A DNA stretch of 64,000 bases from Amphiscolops sp. MND2022 (Eukaryota): NCBI GenBank assembly GCA_964187785.1, contig OZ076409.1:4280001-4344000 (forward strand). The letters are read 5' to 3'. Position numbers and translations under genes: made by a program. The notes beneath the pieces are model-generated. The model worked only from the letters and a program-made list of their open reading frames with translations, did not search any database and was not told where the DNA came from. This document shows, piece by piece, positions 12,701 through 26,859 of this stretch. Positions within the stretch are counted from its first letter, which is position 1. The number at the start of each line of letters is the position of its first letter.

Positions 12701-13394
12701 TCAAGAACAACTTATGTTTACTCAACCCAGAGACCCAAATAACAAGAATAAACCTGCATATAAAAAATATTGTTCATACTGGCATAAACCAAATCATTCC
12801 ATCTCTGCTTGTTTCAAAAAACAACGAGACGATGAAGACAAACGAGATGAATATGCTCGATCAAAATCTCCTCAAAAATCATTTGTACAGTACATTCGTT
12901 CTCCTTCCAATGATAGAACGAAACACTATGATAATCGATACCGAAGTCGACGTACCTCACGAGACAATTCTTACAATAAAAACTATTCACAAAATCAATA
13001 CCGTTCTACATCTAGAGATAGATTTAGTTATGACAAAAGTACTACTGCTCCACAATACTCTAGATCACGATATGATACTTACAAACGTGACTCCCGGTCT
13101 TACCGCTCTCCATACAGATCCTCGTACAGATCTCCTTACCGACACAACTCTCGCCCTAGATACAGATCACGCTCCTATTCCAGAGACAACAAATTCACAA
13201 AATATACAAATTCATACAGACCACCTTCAAGACCAAAAAAATCTAGATTTTCTAGATCTCGCTCACACTCCAATTCTAGAAACAAAATTAATTTGAAACA
13301 ACAACAAAACCAATCTGACCCTATAAAATTTGAAGTACACATGTATCACCCAACAGCAATGGCAAACGCTGTGACGCCTACAAGTTGGTTTTGA
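9774..13394 (+). pseudogene. gag: Element A gag, copy 1 (fragmented; 5' boundary uncertain)
   Basis: S/T/P/Q-rich linker; capsid-like IKPFDGLDHNYTPEEYLQHIEARV...GTALSWY; degenerate knuckle CSYWHKPNHSISAC; RS/RY-rich tail; multiple stops and frameshifts. Confidence 0.75.
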
Positions 13395-16300
13395 ACTCTA
13401 TATGTTCATACACCATCAAGTATAACACAAAGAGACAACCCATCTAGATTAGAAATTGCATTCCTTCTAGATAGCTTCCATCTCTGTATTAAATTACCCA
13501 AAATACATAACTCTTAGAAAACTCTTAGATATAAGACCAAATCACTCTTCTGACGTAGGACCAACTCAAAATTCAAAAACGTTAACCGTTGCAAATCAAA
13601 CCGATGTTCCTATATTACATTTTGCCAATATAATTTTGAACACCACTATTGATGAAAATTCTCGTTACTTTTCAGTACCTTTTGCAGTAGCTGATATCAA
13701 ATACAATATTCTTCGTACACACTTCTTTGAAGACAATATACAAAACATAAACATACAAGACTTTACACTCGAATTCAAATACCAATCAAAAACACACCCA
13801 AACTAAGCAAAATTCACAACACTCCTATCTAAAGACTACCCATATTTCTCATACAATTATAGAATTAATTCAAAAACTCAAATACGTCTAAAACCCAAGT
13901 CTTCTAAAATTGCACACTTTCCAATAAAAAATTATCATCATCTTCATTTTACAACTACACCACAAAATCACTTCTTCCCTTCAGTACCACATACCTATTT
14001 TCCTACTAAATTTCGTACAAATTTCAATTTTATTGAAGTATTCACAGATGACAACCCAGACATTTGTGCAACTATTATCCAGAACACCTCAAAACATGTT
14101 GCAACACTACCTACAGGACACATTGGATTTATCGAAGTTCCAATCACGAATGAAAAACCGAAATTCTTCCAAGTTATCGATATTAACACCTTAATACATA
14201 ATGTTACTCATACATACCATCCTGAAATCACTGAACCAGGTCCACCAACTAACTATATTGTACACTACGACAATCCTACAACTCCTTCTCCTCAATTTTC
14301 AATACATCAAATTTATATGACAAATTCTGACATACCAAATCAAACTTCTCCTTTATACAACGTTCAACCTACTTCTCACACTTCTGGAAAACGCATTTTT
14401 CCTTCTTTACCATACACTTCTGAAAATCTGAAAGTTATCAACAAATTTAACTTCCAATTTTCTGACTTTACAGACACTGAATACATTGCCCTTTGCAATA
14501 TGTTACTCAAATACAAAACATGTTATGCAACTCATAAAAACGATGTTGGAAAAATTTCAACTCCCTTTCATATTAGACTTAAACCCAATGCTCAACTTAT
14601 GACACAACGTCCTTCTAAAGTCCCTATTCACTACAGAGACAAACTTAATGTACTTCTCAGAGAACTAGAAAAATATAACAATATAAAACAAAATGGTTCC
14701 TCTCCACAAGATAAACCTGTTTATGGTACAACTTATTTAAACCCTTTCATTATAATCCCCGAGGAAGATACTTTAAAATGTGTATTAGACGCTCGACATC
14801 TTAACTCCAATACAGAACAATCTGATGAATCTTGGCCTATTGAATCTCTCGCTCCAGCACGCGCAAACAAAAACTTTTTTATCATAATTGTTCCGGAATG
14901 TAGGTGTACGAATTACTCTACTGAATAAAACTCTGGAATCTGAGACACGTTGCACTATTTGCTTTCTACATAATTGGCCCTAATGAGGCCTGGCATAAGT
15001 GGCAATTATTTGGCCCCATTAACTTGCCAAGACACAAAAATGCGGAAAGTAAGATTTCAACATCAAAGGAAGCTAAGGCAGTCGACATCAAAGGGGAATG
15101 AATTCAGTGCACGTGTCTCGGTTTCCGAGATTTCGTGTCCTGATTTCCGCAAAACGCTCAGAAAAAGCTTGCAGATGCACTGTAATGAAGTACAAATCTG
15201 CAATTGACCTTTTGTATGCCTATGCACATACACCTCTTGATGAAGACACTATTAAACTTACCAGTTTCTCCTCAGGAGATAAACTCTTCGCTTTCATCCG
15301 TGGCTTTTATGGTCTCAAAGGACTTCCAAACTTCTTTACAAAACAAATGTCTACCTTCTTTAAAACTCTTATAGAACAAGGTTTTGCCCTTGTCTACATT
15401 GATGATATATTACTTTTATCCGACTCTGAAGAACACATGTTCCAACTCATAGAACAATTATACATTATCAGTACAAAAAACAATCTTACACTAGCCCCTG
15501 AAAAATCATTTTTCATGCTCCTTAAAATCAAATTTCTTGCACATGAAATTGGTTTCAATACATTTAAACCAATTCATTCGAAAATTGCAGCTATTCATGA
15601 AATCCCTTCTCCAACTGTCAAAGGTGCTCTAATGATTTTCATTGGCGCACTCAACTTTTACACCAAATTCATCGAAAAACTACATATTAACCTTAAACCG
15701 TTTTACGATCTTTTACATGAGAACACTCCTTGGAAATGGACAGATGAACACGAAAGTCTTCTTCAAAAACTCAAAATGTCTCTCACTTCTGAAACAGAAC
15801 TTACAATACCAAATACAAAACATCCATTTTTTATTACAGTTGATGCTTCACTTATTGGACTAGGCGCTGTCTTATTCTAATTAAATGAACAAAACAAAAT
15901 GAAAGATTTATCGTACAACTCTCGTATACTCAATCCACAAGAACAAAAACTTTCAACACTCGACCGAGAACTTCTTGGTATAGTACATGCTCTCCAAATC
16001 TATGAGTTTCTTGTCATCGGTTCTCCTCATCCAATACATATTTTTACTGATCACAAACCTTTATTACATTGTTTTACAAAAAAAGTAACCTTAGTCCTCG
16101 TTTTTACAGAGCTCAAATGCAATTAACGAAATTTTCTAAACTCAAAATAATTCACACTCCTGGAAAAAACCTCTTTGTTGCCGATATGTTAAGTCGCTCT
16201 TTTACAAAAGCTGAACTACAATTGAATTAACTAACACACAAACTACTTCCACCACAAATTGATTTTGCACTTTCACAAAATGGCACTCTTAAACCTGTAC

Positions 16301-18687
16301 ATTACTTAATTAAACACGAAGAAATCTTACCTCATCAAAAACATGACTCCCACCCAATTCTCGCTGATTATGGTTCAGATCAATTCTCTATTCGTATCAA
16401 TGACAAAGGAAATGACATTGTTGTCAAACTATTACAATCCTTCTCATTCAAATCCATGATTCCTGTTCAAACAAAGTTCAAAACACCTATAAAAAAGAGG
16501 AATAAAACCCTTCATCAACAATCTCTCTTACTCAATGATACTGATATTACAAGTGATGACGAAGATTATATATATACAAGAATTCCAAAACCTGACTCTT
16601 CCTTCTTACATGACACAACATTACAAACAGAAAACTATTCTACTCTCAACAAGTCGATATCTAACACCCCACAAAAATCTGTTTTTGCAACAAATGTACA
16701 AACAATTTTACCATCTGTTACACATTGTCCACAGATTATACCTTTCTATGATACATCATTTTTCAAGTACAAAAATTGTTTTCAAGATTTCTTTCTTCCA
16801 GATGACTACTCATTAGACATAACAACACTTCAACAACAACAATCCCAAGACCCGGTTCTTAGAACTGTTTATCCTTGGATCGTTAAAAATGAAACACCTG
16901 AAACTCTAACACCACTCATCACTGATACTCCTTTTCTACATGCTTATTACGAACGATTTTCACAACTTTTTGTAGATAACTCTACAAATCCTATTAGCCT
17001 CTATAATAAACACCCTGCTGTTCAAAATCAATCTTCTACTCCAGATTTTGTACGCGTTACTATTCGAATATGTCTTCCTTTCAGACTATTCAAAACTGTT
17101 TTTTAACAAACTTCATGAACACTCTCATACAGGTATCAAAATTACAAATAATACATTCGCACAATATTACTATATTCCATTTGTTGAAAAATGGCTTTCC
17201 AATTCCATACATGACTGTGTTGAATGTCAACGCAATAAACACTTCAACATGAAAATCCAAACTGCACCTACACAATCATTTTCAGAACATGCTCCATCTT
17301 TCAACGAACGCACTTCAATGGACACTACAGGACCTATTGTTCCTCCTTCACACAACAAATCTTATATACATGTCATCATTGACGCTTTCAGCCACTTTGT
17401 TGTTACAGTACCCATCAAAGCAAACAACGCAAAAACTGCAATCAAAACTCTCCTACACCATTGGATTATTAAATTTGGACCACCCATATATCATGTTACT
17501 GATCGAGGATCTGAAAATGGAAACAAAGAAATGGCACAACTTTGTACACTTATGGGAATTCGTCATTCTCCCGGAACAGCCTACTCTCCTTGGACAAATG
17601 GCCTTGTCGAAGTACAGAACAGAAATCTTGGTACACATTTACGATTGTTCTTACATGATATACCTAAAGATTGGGCATTCCAAGTACATAAGTACGCTTA
17701 TGCACATAGTCCACAACCACTTTCAGAACTCAATAATTCTCCTCATGAAATTGTTTTTCACACAAGACCCAGAATACCCCTTACTTTCGATTTAAATCTT
17801 AATAGAGACAACTCTAAAACATGTATTTCACGCTATTGCTCTCAACTCCCAGAACACTCACATTATGACAAACCCGATCTTAATCCATTTTTTATAGAAC
17901 ACTTTCAAAATCCATTCCACAATGGTTTCTCGCTGTAGAAACTGCTATGTTACAAAGATATTCTACAGTATATGAAAACACTCTACGAAAAATCAATTCA
18001 CACGCATACATTACAAAAACCTATCACGAAGGTAAACCACTTCCTATTGGCACCTTTGTTTTAAAACGAAATTTCACACACGTACATTTTTCTGACAAAC
18101 TAAAACCCCTTCGGTCTGGACCATACAAAATTTTTGATAGACTGTCAGACGATACATATGAACTACTTGCACAAGATAGCTCTACAATACATGTTCATCA
18201 AAATCATTTGATTCCGTACTATCCAAAAGAACCAATTTTATACCCACATTTGCGTAGTTTCATGCGCTTTTCAGACACAACCCAATTCCAAATTCCACAA
18301 CCTACCAAATACGCAAACAGTGCTTCTTCCCCTTTTAATTCAGCCGAATCCTTATCAGACGAAGACTCAAAAACATTTATGACACCATCCACTACAGAAG
18401 ATTCTTCTCAAACATTTACGACACCATTCAGTACTTCCAATCAAAATACACCATCTATAACATCCAATCACAAGTCTTTAACTCTCCCAACCAATGACAA
18501 CTCTTTATTCAAGGATATAATTAATACCCCTCACACTAAATTCCCTAGTGACAGATCAAGACACCCTTCGCATAATCAAACAGATTCACTTCTTCCTCTA
18601 ATTGACAGAACTACGAAAACTACTTATAAACTACGACAACAACCCAAATTAGATTATAGACTTTTTATAACACCCTCGAAACTGTAA
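13395..18687 (+). pseudogene. pol: Element A pol, copy 1 (PR, RT, RNase H, integrase)
   Basis: Protease remnant FLLDS..SISVL; RT GFYGL and YIDD; RNase H TVDAS, ELLGIVHAL, FTDHKPL; integrase HEHSH..CVEC, IIDAFS, TDRG, VEVQNR and a GPY motif. Stops, frameshifts and a 314-bp insertion. Confidence 0.92.
14874..15187. mobile_element. 314-bp foreign insertion in RT of pol copy 1
   Basis: Absent from copy 2 (GCAAACAAAAAGTAC at ~23247); apparent AA duplication; internal inverted repeat GAGACACG(T)TGCACT / AGTGCACGTGTCTC. Confidence 0.8.
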
Positions 18688-18759
18688 CAACATCATTCTT
18701 TCTACTGGCTCCCTCAAAACTAGTCACTACAGCTGAATGAAATATAATCACTAACAAGT

Positions 18760-20012
18760 TATCTCAACGATAACCTGTTGAAAACCCATTTCAAGAATCC
18801 TGGATTCTTCTTCTGATATATCTCCATCAGCTCCAAGTATTCTTTCTACTCCTGAATCATCAATATCAAACACTACAATTTCTCGTAATGTATCTCCTAC
18901 TACTCCTTCTAAAAGACCAAGATCATACGTTTCTGAAACATCTTCTTCATCTCTCTTTCATAAACCACCTATAACTGAAATCCCTATTACCACTCGTACT
19001 CAACAAACTCCTATTAATACTCCTATAGTACACATACCAAACCCTGACTGTTGAACAATACGTAAATTACAAACATCCTACAGCTATCAAAACTGTTAGA
19101 CTTCAACATCAGTTTAATCTTGTACACAATCCTGACACTGAATATACACGACTACCTCCACTGAAATTACCATCAGAACTCAGCAATACTTCTTCAAAAC
19201 TCTATCCTACTCTAAAACCTCTTCGAAAACCTTCTATATCACTATCAAATCTCTTAGACAGTACATCAGAATATACTTCATCAAAAGACACTACAAGCTC
19301 ACTTTTGTACCACAACATAGATATAATCTTCGAGACCTTCCTTCACGCAGAGTTGGTACAGATACTTCCAACCTTAATCTATCTGCTCTTTCTAGCATTT
19401 CTGCTTTACGACTTGTACGACAACACGCACAACCGTTGTCTTCTGAAACAAATTCCTCCGAATTTACACCTTCTTCGTATTTTACATCTGGTTTTGAAAT
19501 CGCCTCTCTACTTTCTTCAGACGCTCAGACTGCATTCCTTTCTGGAAATCTTTTCTCCGAAGTTATAATACCTACTCCTGTTCCAGCACATAGTAGACTG
19601 CCTGAATATTATACTGCAGATCAATCTAGACCTCCAACTCCAAATTTTGCTGACTATCCACTTCGAGTCGATGGAGTAACCATCAACGACCCACAGAACG
19701 ACCCTCGATTTCCTATCCTTGCAGAACGGTTTATCACAAATAACGATCTTTCATCTCAAAAAAAAAGAAACAGACCTAAACCGCCTTCAGACACTTAATC
19801 TAGAACTTAAATTTGAAGTCAAAGGTAAATTCCAAGGTTTAAACCGCCATCCAAAATTTCACGTCTCAAAAATAGAACGTAAAACCTCTCCTGCTCCTTT
19901 TGAAGTAGTACACATTGAATTTGAACGAGACCTCAATATACCTACTATTACATATGGCAAAATCACATTCTGTCCCCCATACTCAGGTCTTAAATATACT
20001 ACCTCCTTTTAA
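18760..20012 (+). pseudogene. Element A accessory ORF X between pol and env, copy 1 (unknown function; start approximate)
   Basis: Frameshift-linked ORF pieces: S/T/P-rich N-part, then PTPNFADYPLRVDG...ELKFEVKGKFQG...FCPPYSGLKYTTSF; overlaps the env start. Confidence 0.5.
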
Positions 20013-20371
20013 ACTCTACACAACCTTTTATATAACAACTCTCATACTACATTTACACTTATTCAACTTCACCTCTTCTATACCCATAACACCCTCTGAT
20101 ACAAAAAACTATCTCCCATCGGATGATCCAAAAATTACAAACCTTATGGTTTCTCATTATGACTGTGCAAAACAACATAATTTGAGACAATTTAACTTAC
20201 TTAATGTGAAACAATGCACTGAAGCTCCTTCCGACATTAAACACGCAACTGTTAAAGCCCATGTATATGTCCGAGCAAAGGCTAAACGCATTAAAGCTTT
20301 TAAATGTGTTGCTTATGCAAAAAAAGAAAGAAAGATTTGCTTTCAAGGTTCCGTAAAATACCGTCGTGTTG
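19954..20371 (+). pseudogene. env: Element A env 5' fragment, truncated at the duplication junction
   Basis: Near-identical to 28051-28468 (signal-like segment, HYDC...KQC...FKC...KIC); switches to gag sequence at ~20372. Confidence 0.85.
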
Positions 20372-20372
20372 T

Positions 20373-21776
20373 ACAGTACCACCATCTACAATATCTCTAA
20401 ATATCATTTCTCAACCGACATATATCAACTCTTCTACTTCAATATCTGATCCGATAAAACCTTTTGATAGGTTAGATCATAATTATACACCTGAAGAATA
20501 CTTACAACATATTGAGGCACGTGTTACATTTTCTTTAGGTTTACAACCTACAACAGAACAAGAAAATAAATTTTGGCACGCCCGTCGCATGGCTTTTATA
20601 CAGTGTTCTTTAACAGGCACAGCTCTCAGTTGGTACCTTCGTTTAAATGACACTTATAAACAAGATTGGCACGCTTTTGTACAAGTTTTCAAAAAATAAT
20701 TCTCTTCACAAAAGAACGCTTACTATGCTCAAGTTGAAGCCCTTAACTTATCCAAGAAAGATAATGAAACAGTACGCCATTTTGCACTCAAAGTTCAACA
20801 GCTAGACCAAAAAGGCTGGTGTAATGAGAATGCATCCGCTACTAACCTCAAATATAATGAAATTTTTACAAAATGACTTCCTAAAAACCTTAAAGACTTT
20901 GCTAACAAAAGACAAGTAAAACACACTTCTACTGATTTAGAACCTTCAATTCCCTTTCATACGTTAGTAAAACTTGTTGACGCTGAAGATATTGCAAACG
21001 ACAAAATTAGAACACATGATCTTGCACTTGAAACTAACAATATTACAAAATAGTTGAACACTCAAAGCCTTGAACCTTCATCTCAAGAACAACTTATGTT
21101 TACTCAACCCAGAGACCCAAATAACAAGAATAAACCTGCATATAAAAAATATTGTTCATACTGGCATAAACCAAATCATTCCATCTCTGCTTGTTTCAAA
21201 AAACAACGAGACGATGAAGACAAACGAGATGAATATGCTCGATCAAAATCTCCTCAAAAATCATTTGTACAGTACATTCGTTCTCCTTCCAATGATAGAA
21301 CGAAACACTATGATAATCGATACCGAAGTCGACGTACCTCACTAGACAATTCTTCCAATAAAAACTATTCACAAAATCAATACCGTTCTACATCTAGAGA
21401 TAGATTTAGTTATGACAAAAGTACTACTGCTCCACAATACTCTAGATCACGATATGATACTTACAAACGTGACTCCCGGTCTTACCGCTCTCCATACAGA
21501 TCCTCGTACAGATCTCCTTACCGACACAACTCTCGCCCTAGATACAGATCACGCTCCTATTCCAGAGACAACAAATTCACAAAATATACAAATTCATACA
21601 GACCACCTTGAAGACCAAAAAAATCTAGATTTTCTAGATCTCGCTCACACTCCAATTCTAGAAACAAAATTAATTTGAAACAACAACAAAACCAATCTGA
21701 CCCTATAAAATTTGAAGTACACATGTATCACCCAACAGCAATGGCAAACGCTGTGACGCCTACAAGTTGGTTTTGA
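20373..21776 (+). pseudogene. gag: Element A gag, copy 2 (3' part)
   Basis: Same capsid-like, knuckle and RS-rich segments as copy 1. Confidence 0.85.
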
Positions 21777-24700
21777 ACTCTATATGTTCATACACCATCA
21801 AGTATAACACAAAGAGACAACCCATCTAGATTAGAAATTGCATTCCTTCTAGATAGCTTCCATCTCTGTATTAAATTACCCAAAATACATAACTCTTAGA
21901 AAACTCTTAGATATAAGACCAAATCACTCTTCTGACGTAGGACCAACTCAAAATTCAAAAACGTTAACCGTTGCAAATCAAACCGATGTTCCTATATTAC
22001 ATTTTGCCAATATAATTTTGAACACCACTATTGATGAAAATTCTCGTTACTTTTCAGTACCTTTTGCAGTAGCTGATATCAAATACAATATTCTTGGTAC
22101 ACACTTCTTTGAAGACAATATACAAAACATAAACATACAAGACTTTACACTCGAATTCAAATACCAATCAAAAACACACCCAAACTATGCAAAATTCAAA
22201 ACACTCCTATCTAAAGACTACCCATATTTCTCATACAATTATAGAATTAATTCAAAAACTCAATTACGTCTAAAACCCAAGTCTTCTAAAATTGCACACT
22301 TTCCAATAAAAAATTATCATCTTAATTTTACAACTACACCACAAAATAACTTCTTCCCTTCAGTACCACATACCTATTTTGCTACTAAAATTCGTACAAA
22401 TTTCAATTTTATTGAAGTATTCACAGATGACAAACCAGACATTTGTGCAACTATTATCCAGAACACCTCAAAACATGTTGCAACACTACCTACAGGACAT
22501 ATTGGATATATCGAAGTTCCAATCACAAATGAAAAACCAAAATTCTTCCAAGTTATCGATATTAAAACCTTAATACATAATGTTACTCATACATACCATC
22601 CTGAAATCACTGAACCATGTCCACCAACTAACTATATTGTACACTACGACAATCCTACAACTCCTTCTCCTCAATTTTCATTACATCAAATTTATATGAC
22701 AAACTCTGACATACCAAATCAAACTTCTCCTTTATACAACGTTCAACCTACTTCTCACACTTCTGAAAAACGCATTTTTCCTTCTTTACCATACACTTCG
22801 GAAAATCTGAAAGTTATCAACAAATTTAACTTCCAATTTTCTGACCTTACAGACACTGAATACATTACCCTTTGCAATATTTTCTCAAAAACAAAACATG
22901 TTATGCAACTCATAAAAACGATGTTGGAAAAATTTCAACTCCCTTTCGTATTAGACTTAAACCCAATGCTCAACTTATGACACAACGTCCTTCTAAAGTC
23001 CCTATTCACTACAGAGACAAACTTAATGCACTTCTCAAAGAACTAGAAAATTATAACATTATAAAACAAATTGGTTCCTCTCCACAAGAAACACCTGTTT
23101 ATTGTACAACTTATTTGAACCCTCCTATTATAATCCACAAGGGAGACACTATAAAATGTGTATTAGATGCTCGACATCTTAACTCAAATACAGAACAATC
23201 CGATCAATCTTGGCCTATCGAAGCTCTCGCTCCACAATTAGCACGCGCAAACAAAAAGTACAAATCTGCAATTGACCATTTGTATGCCTATGCACATACA
23301 CCTCTTGATGAAGACACTATTAAACTTACCAGTTTCTCCTCAGGAAATAAACTCTTCGCTTTCATCCGTGGCTTTTATGGTCTCAATGGACTTCCAAACT
23401 TCTTTACAAAACAAATGTCTACCTTCTTTAAAAGTCTTATAGAACAAGGTTTTGCCCTTGTCTACATTGATGATATATTATTTTTATTCGACTCTGAAGA
23501 ACACATGTTCCAACTCATAGAACAATTACACATTATCAGTACAAAAAACAATCTTGCACTAGCCCCTGAAAAATCATTTTTCATGCTCCTTAAAATCAAA
23601 TTTCTTGCACATGAAATTGGTTACAATACATTTAAACCAATTCATTCGAAAATTGCAGCTCTTCATAAAATCCCTTCTCCAACTGTCAAAGTTGCTCTAA
23701 TGATTTTCATTGGCGCACTCAACTTTTACACCAAATTCATCGAAAAACTACATATTAACCTTAAACCGTTTTACGATCTTTTACATGAGAACACTCCTTG
23801 GAAATGGACAGATGAACACGAAAGTCTTCTTCAAAAACTCAAAATGTCTCCCACTTCTGGAACAGAACTTACAATACCAAATACAAAACATCAATTTTTT
23901 ATTACAGTTGATGCTTCACTTATTGGACTAGGCGCTGTCTTATTCTAATTAAATGATCAAAACAAAATGAAAGATTTATCGTACAACTCTCGTATACTCA
24001 ATCCACAAGAACAAAAACTTTCAACACTCGACCGAGAACTTCTTGGTATAGTACATGCTCTCCAAATCTATGAATTTCTTGTCATCGGTTCTCCTCATCC
24101 AATACATATTTTTACTGATCACAAACCTTTATTACATTGTTTTACAAAAAAAGTAACCTTAGTCCTAGTTTTTACAGAACTCAAATGCAATTAACGAAAT
24201 TTTCTAAACTCAAAATAAATCACACTCCTGGAAAAAACCTCTCTGTTGCCGATATGTTAAGTCGCTCTTTTACAAAAGCTGAACTACAATTGAATTAACT
24301 AACACACAAACTACTTCCACCACAAATTGATTTTGCACTTCTACAAAATGGCACTCCTAAACCTGTACATTACTTAATTAAACACGAAGAAATCTTACCT
24401 TACCAAAAACATGACTCCCACCTAATTCTCGCTGATTATGGTTCAGATCATTTCTCTATTCGTATCAATGACAAAGGAAATGACATTGTTGTCAAACCTT
24501 TACAATCCTTCTCATTCAAATCCATGACTCCTGTTCAAACAAAGTTCAAAACACCTATAAAAAAGAACAATAAAACCCTTTATCAACAATCTCTCTTACT
24601 CAATGATACTGATATTACAAGTGATGACGAAGATTATATATATACAAGAATTCGAAAACCTGACTCTTCCTTCTTACATGACACCACATTACAAACAGAA

Positions 24701-26788
24701 AACTATTCTACTCTCAAAAAGTCGATATCTAACACCCCATAAAAATCTGTTTCTGCAATAAATGTGCAAACAATTTTACCATCTCTTACACATTGTCCAC
24801 AGATTATACCTTTCTATGATACATCATTTTTCAAGTACAAAAACTATTTTCAAGATTCCTTTCTCCCAGATGACTACTCATTAGACATAACAACACTTCA
24901 ACAACAACAATCCCAAGACCCGGTTCTTAGAACTGTTTATCCTTGGATCGTTAAAAATGAAAAACCTGAAACTCTAACACCACTCATCACTGATACTCCT
25001 TTTCTACATGCTTATTACGAAAGATTTTCACAACTTTTTGTAGATGACTCTACAAATCTTATTAGCCTCTATAATAAACACCCTACTGGTCAAAATCAAT
25101 CTTCTACTCCAGATTTTGTACGCGGTACTATTCGAATATGTTTTCCTTTCAGACTATTCAAAACTGTTTTTACAAACTTCATGAACACTCTCATACAGGT
25201 ATCAAAATTACATATAATACATTCGCACAATATTACTATATTCCATTTGTTGAAAAATGGCTTTCCATTTTCATACATGACGGTGTTGAATGTCAACGCA
25301 ATAAACACTTCAACATGAAAATCCAAACTGTACCTACACAATCATTTTCAGAACATGCTCCATGTTTCAACTATCGAACTTCAGTGGACACTAAAGGACC
25401 TATTATTCCTCCTTCACACAACAAATCTTATATACATGTCATCATTGACGCTTTCAGTCACTTTGTTGTTACAGTACCCATCGAAGCAAACAACGCAAAA
25501 ACTGCAATCAAAACTCTCCTACACCATTGGATTATTAAATTTGGACCACCCATATATCATGTTACTGATCGAGGATCAGAATATGTAAACAAAAAATGGC
25601 ACAACTTTGTACACTTATGGGAATTCGTCATTCTCCCGGAACAGCCTACTCTCCTTGGACAAATGGCCTCGTCGAAGTACAGAACAGAACTCTTGGTACA
25701 CATTTACGAATGTTTGATACACCGTATGATACACCTACGTAGATACATTTACGTATGATACACCTAAAGATTGGGCATTCCAAGTCCATAAGTACGCTTA
25801 TGCACATAGTTCACAACCACTTTCAGAACTCAATATTTCTCCTCATGAAATTGTTTTTCACACAAGACCCAGAATACCTCTTACTTTCGCTTTAAATCTT
25901 GATAGAGACAACTCTAAAACATGTATTTCACGCTATTGCTCTCAACTTCCAGAACACTCACGTTATGACGAACCCGATCTTAATCCATTTTTTAATAGAA
26001 CACTTTCAAAACCCATTCCACAATGGTTTCTCGCTGTAGAAACTGCTATGTTACAAATATATTCTACAGTATATGAAAACACTCTACGAAAAATCAATTC
26101 ACACGCATACATTACAAAAACCTATCACGAAGGTAAACCACTTCCTCTTGGCACCTTTGTTTTAAAACGAAATTTCACACACGTACATTTTTCTGACAAA
26201 CTAAAACCCCTTCGGATTGGACCATACAAAATTTTTGATAGACTGTCAGACGTTACATATGAACTACTTGCACAAGATAGCTCTACAATACATGTCCATC
26301 AAAATCATTTGATTCCGTACTATCCAAAAGAACCACTTTTATACCCACATTTGCGTAGTTTCATGCGTTTTTCAGACATAACACAATTCCAAATTCCACA
26401 ACCTACCAAATACGCAAACAGTGCTTCTTCCCCTTTTAATTCAGCCGAATCCTTATCAGACGAAGACTCAAAAACATTTATGACACCATCCACTACATAA
26501 GATTCTTCTCAAACATTTACGACACCATTCAGTACTTCCAATCAAAATACACCATCTATAACATCCAATCACAAGTCTTTAACTCCCCCAACCAATGACA
26601 ACTCTTTATACAAGGATATAATTAATACCCCTCACACTAATATCCCTAGTGACAGATCAAGACACCCTTCGCATCATCAAACAGATTCACTTCCTCCTCT
26701 AATTGACAGAACTACGAAAACTACTTATAAACTACGACAACAACCCAAATTGGATTATAGACTTTTTATAACACCCTCGAAACTGTAA
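21777..26788 (+). pseudogene. pol: Element A pol, copy 2
   Basis: RT ORF 22872-23948 (GFYGL, YIDD), RNase H, integrase core and GPY; several stops and frameshifts. Confidence 0.92.
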
Positions 26789-26859
26789 CCTCATCATTCT
26801 TTCTACTGGCTCCCTCAAAACTAGTCACTACAGCTGAATGAAAGATAATCACTAACAAG

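Noticed and set aside
13392..13394. Programmed stop-codon readthrough between gag and pol of element A
   Set aside because: This TGA is in both copies, but so are several clearly disruptive stops; a TGG-to-TGA mutation before duplication is simpler.
14874..15187. Intron in pol copy 1
   Set aside because: No GT..AG boundaries on either strand that restore the copy 2 sequence.
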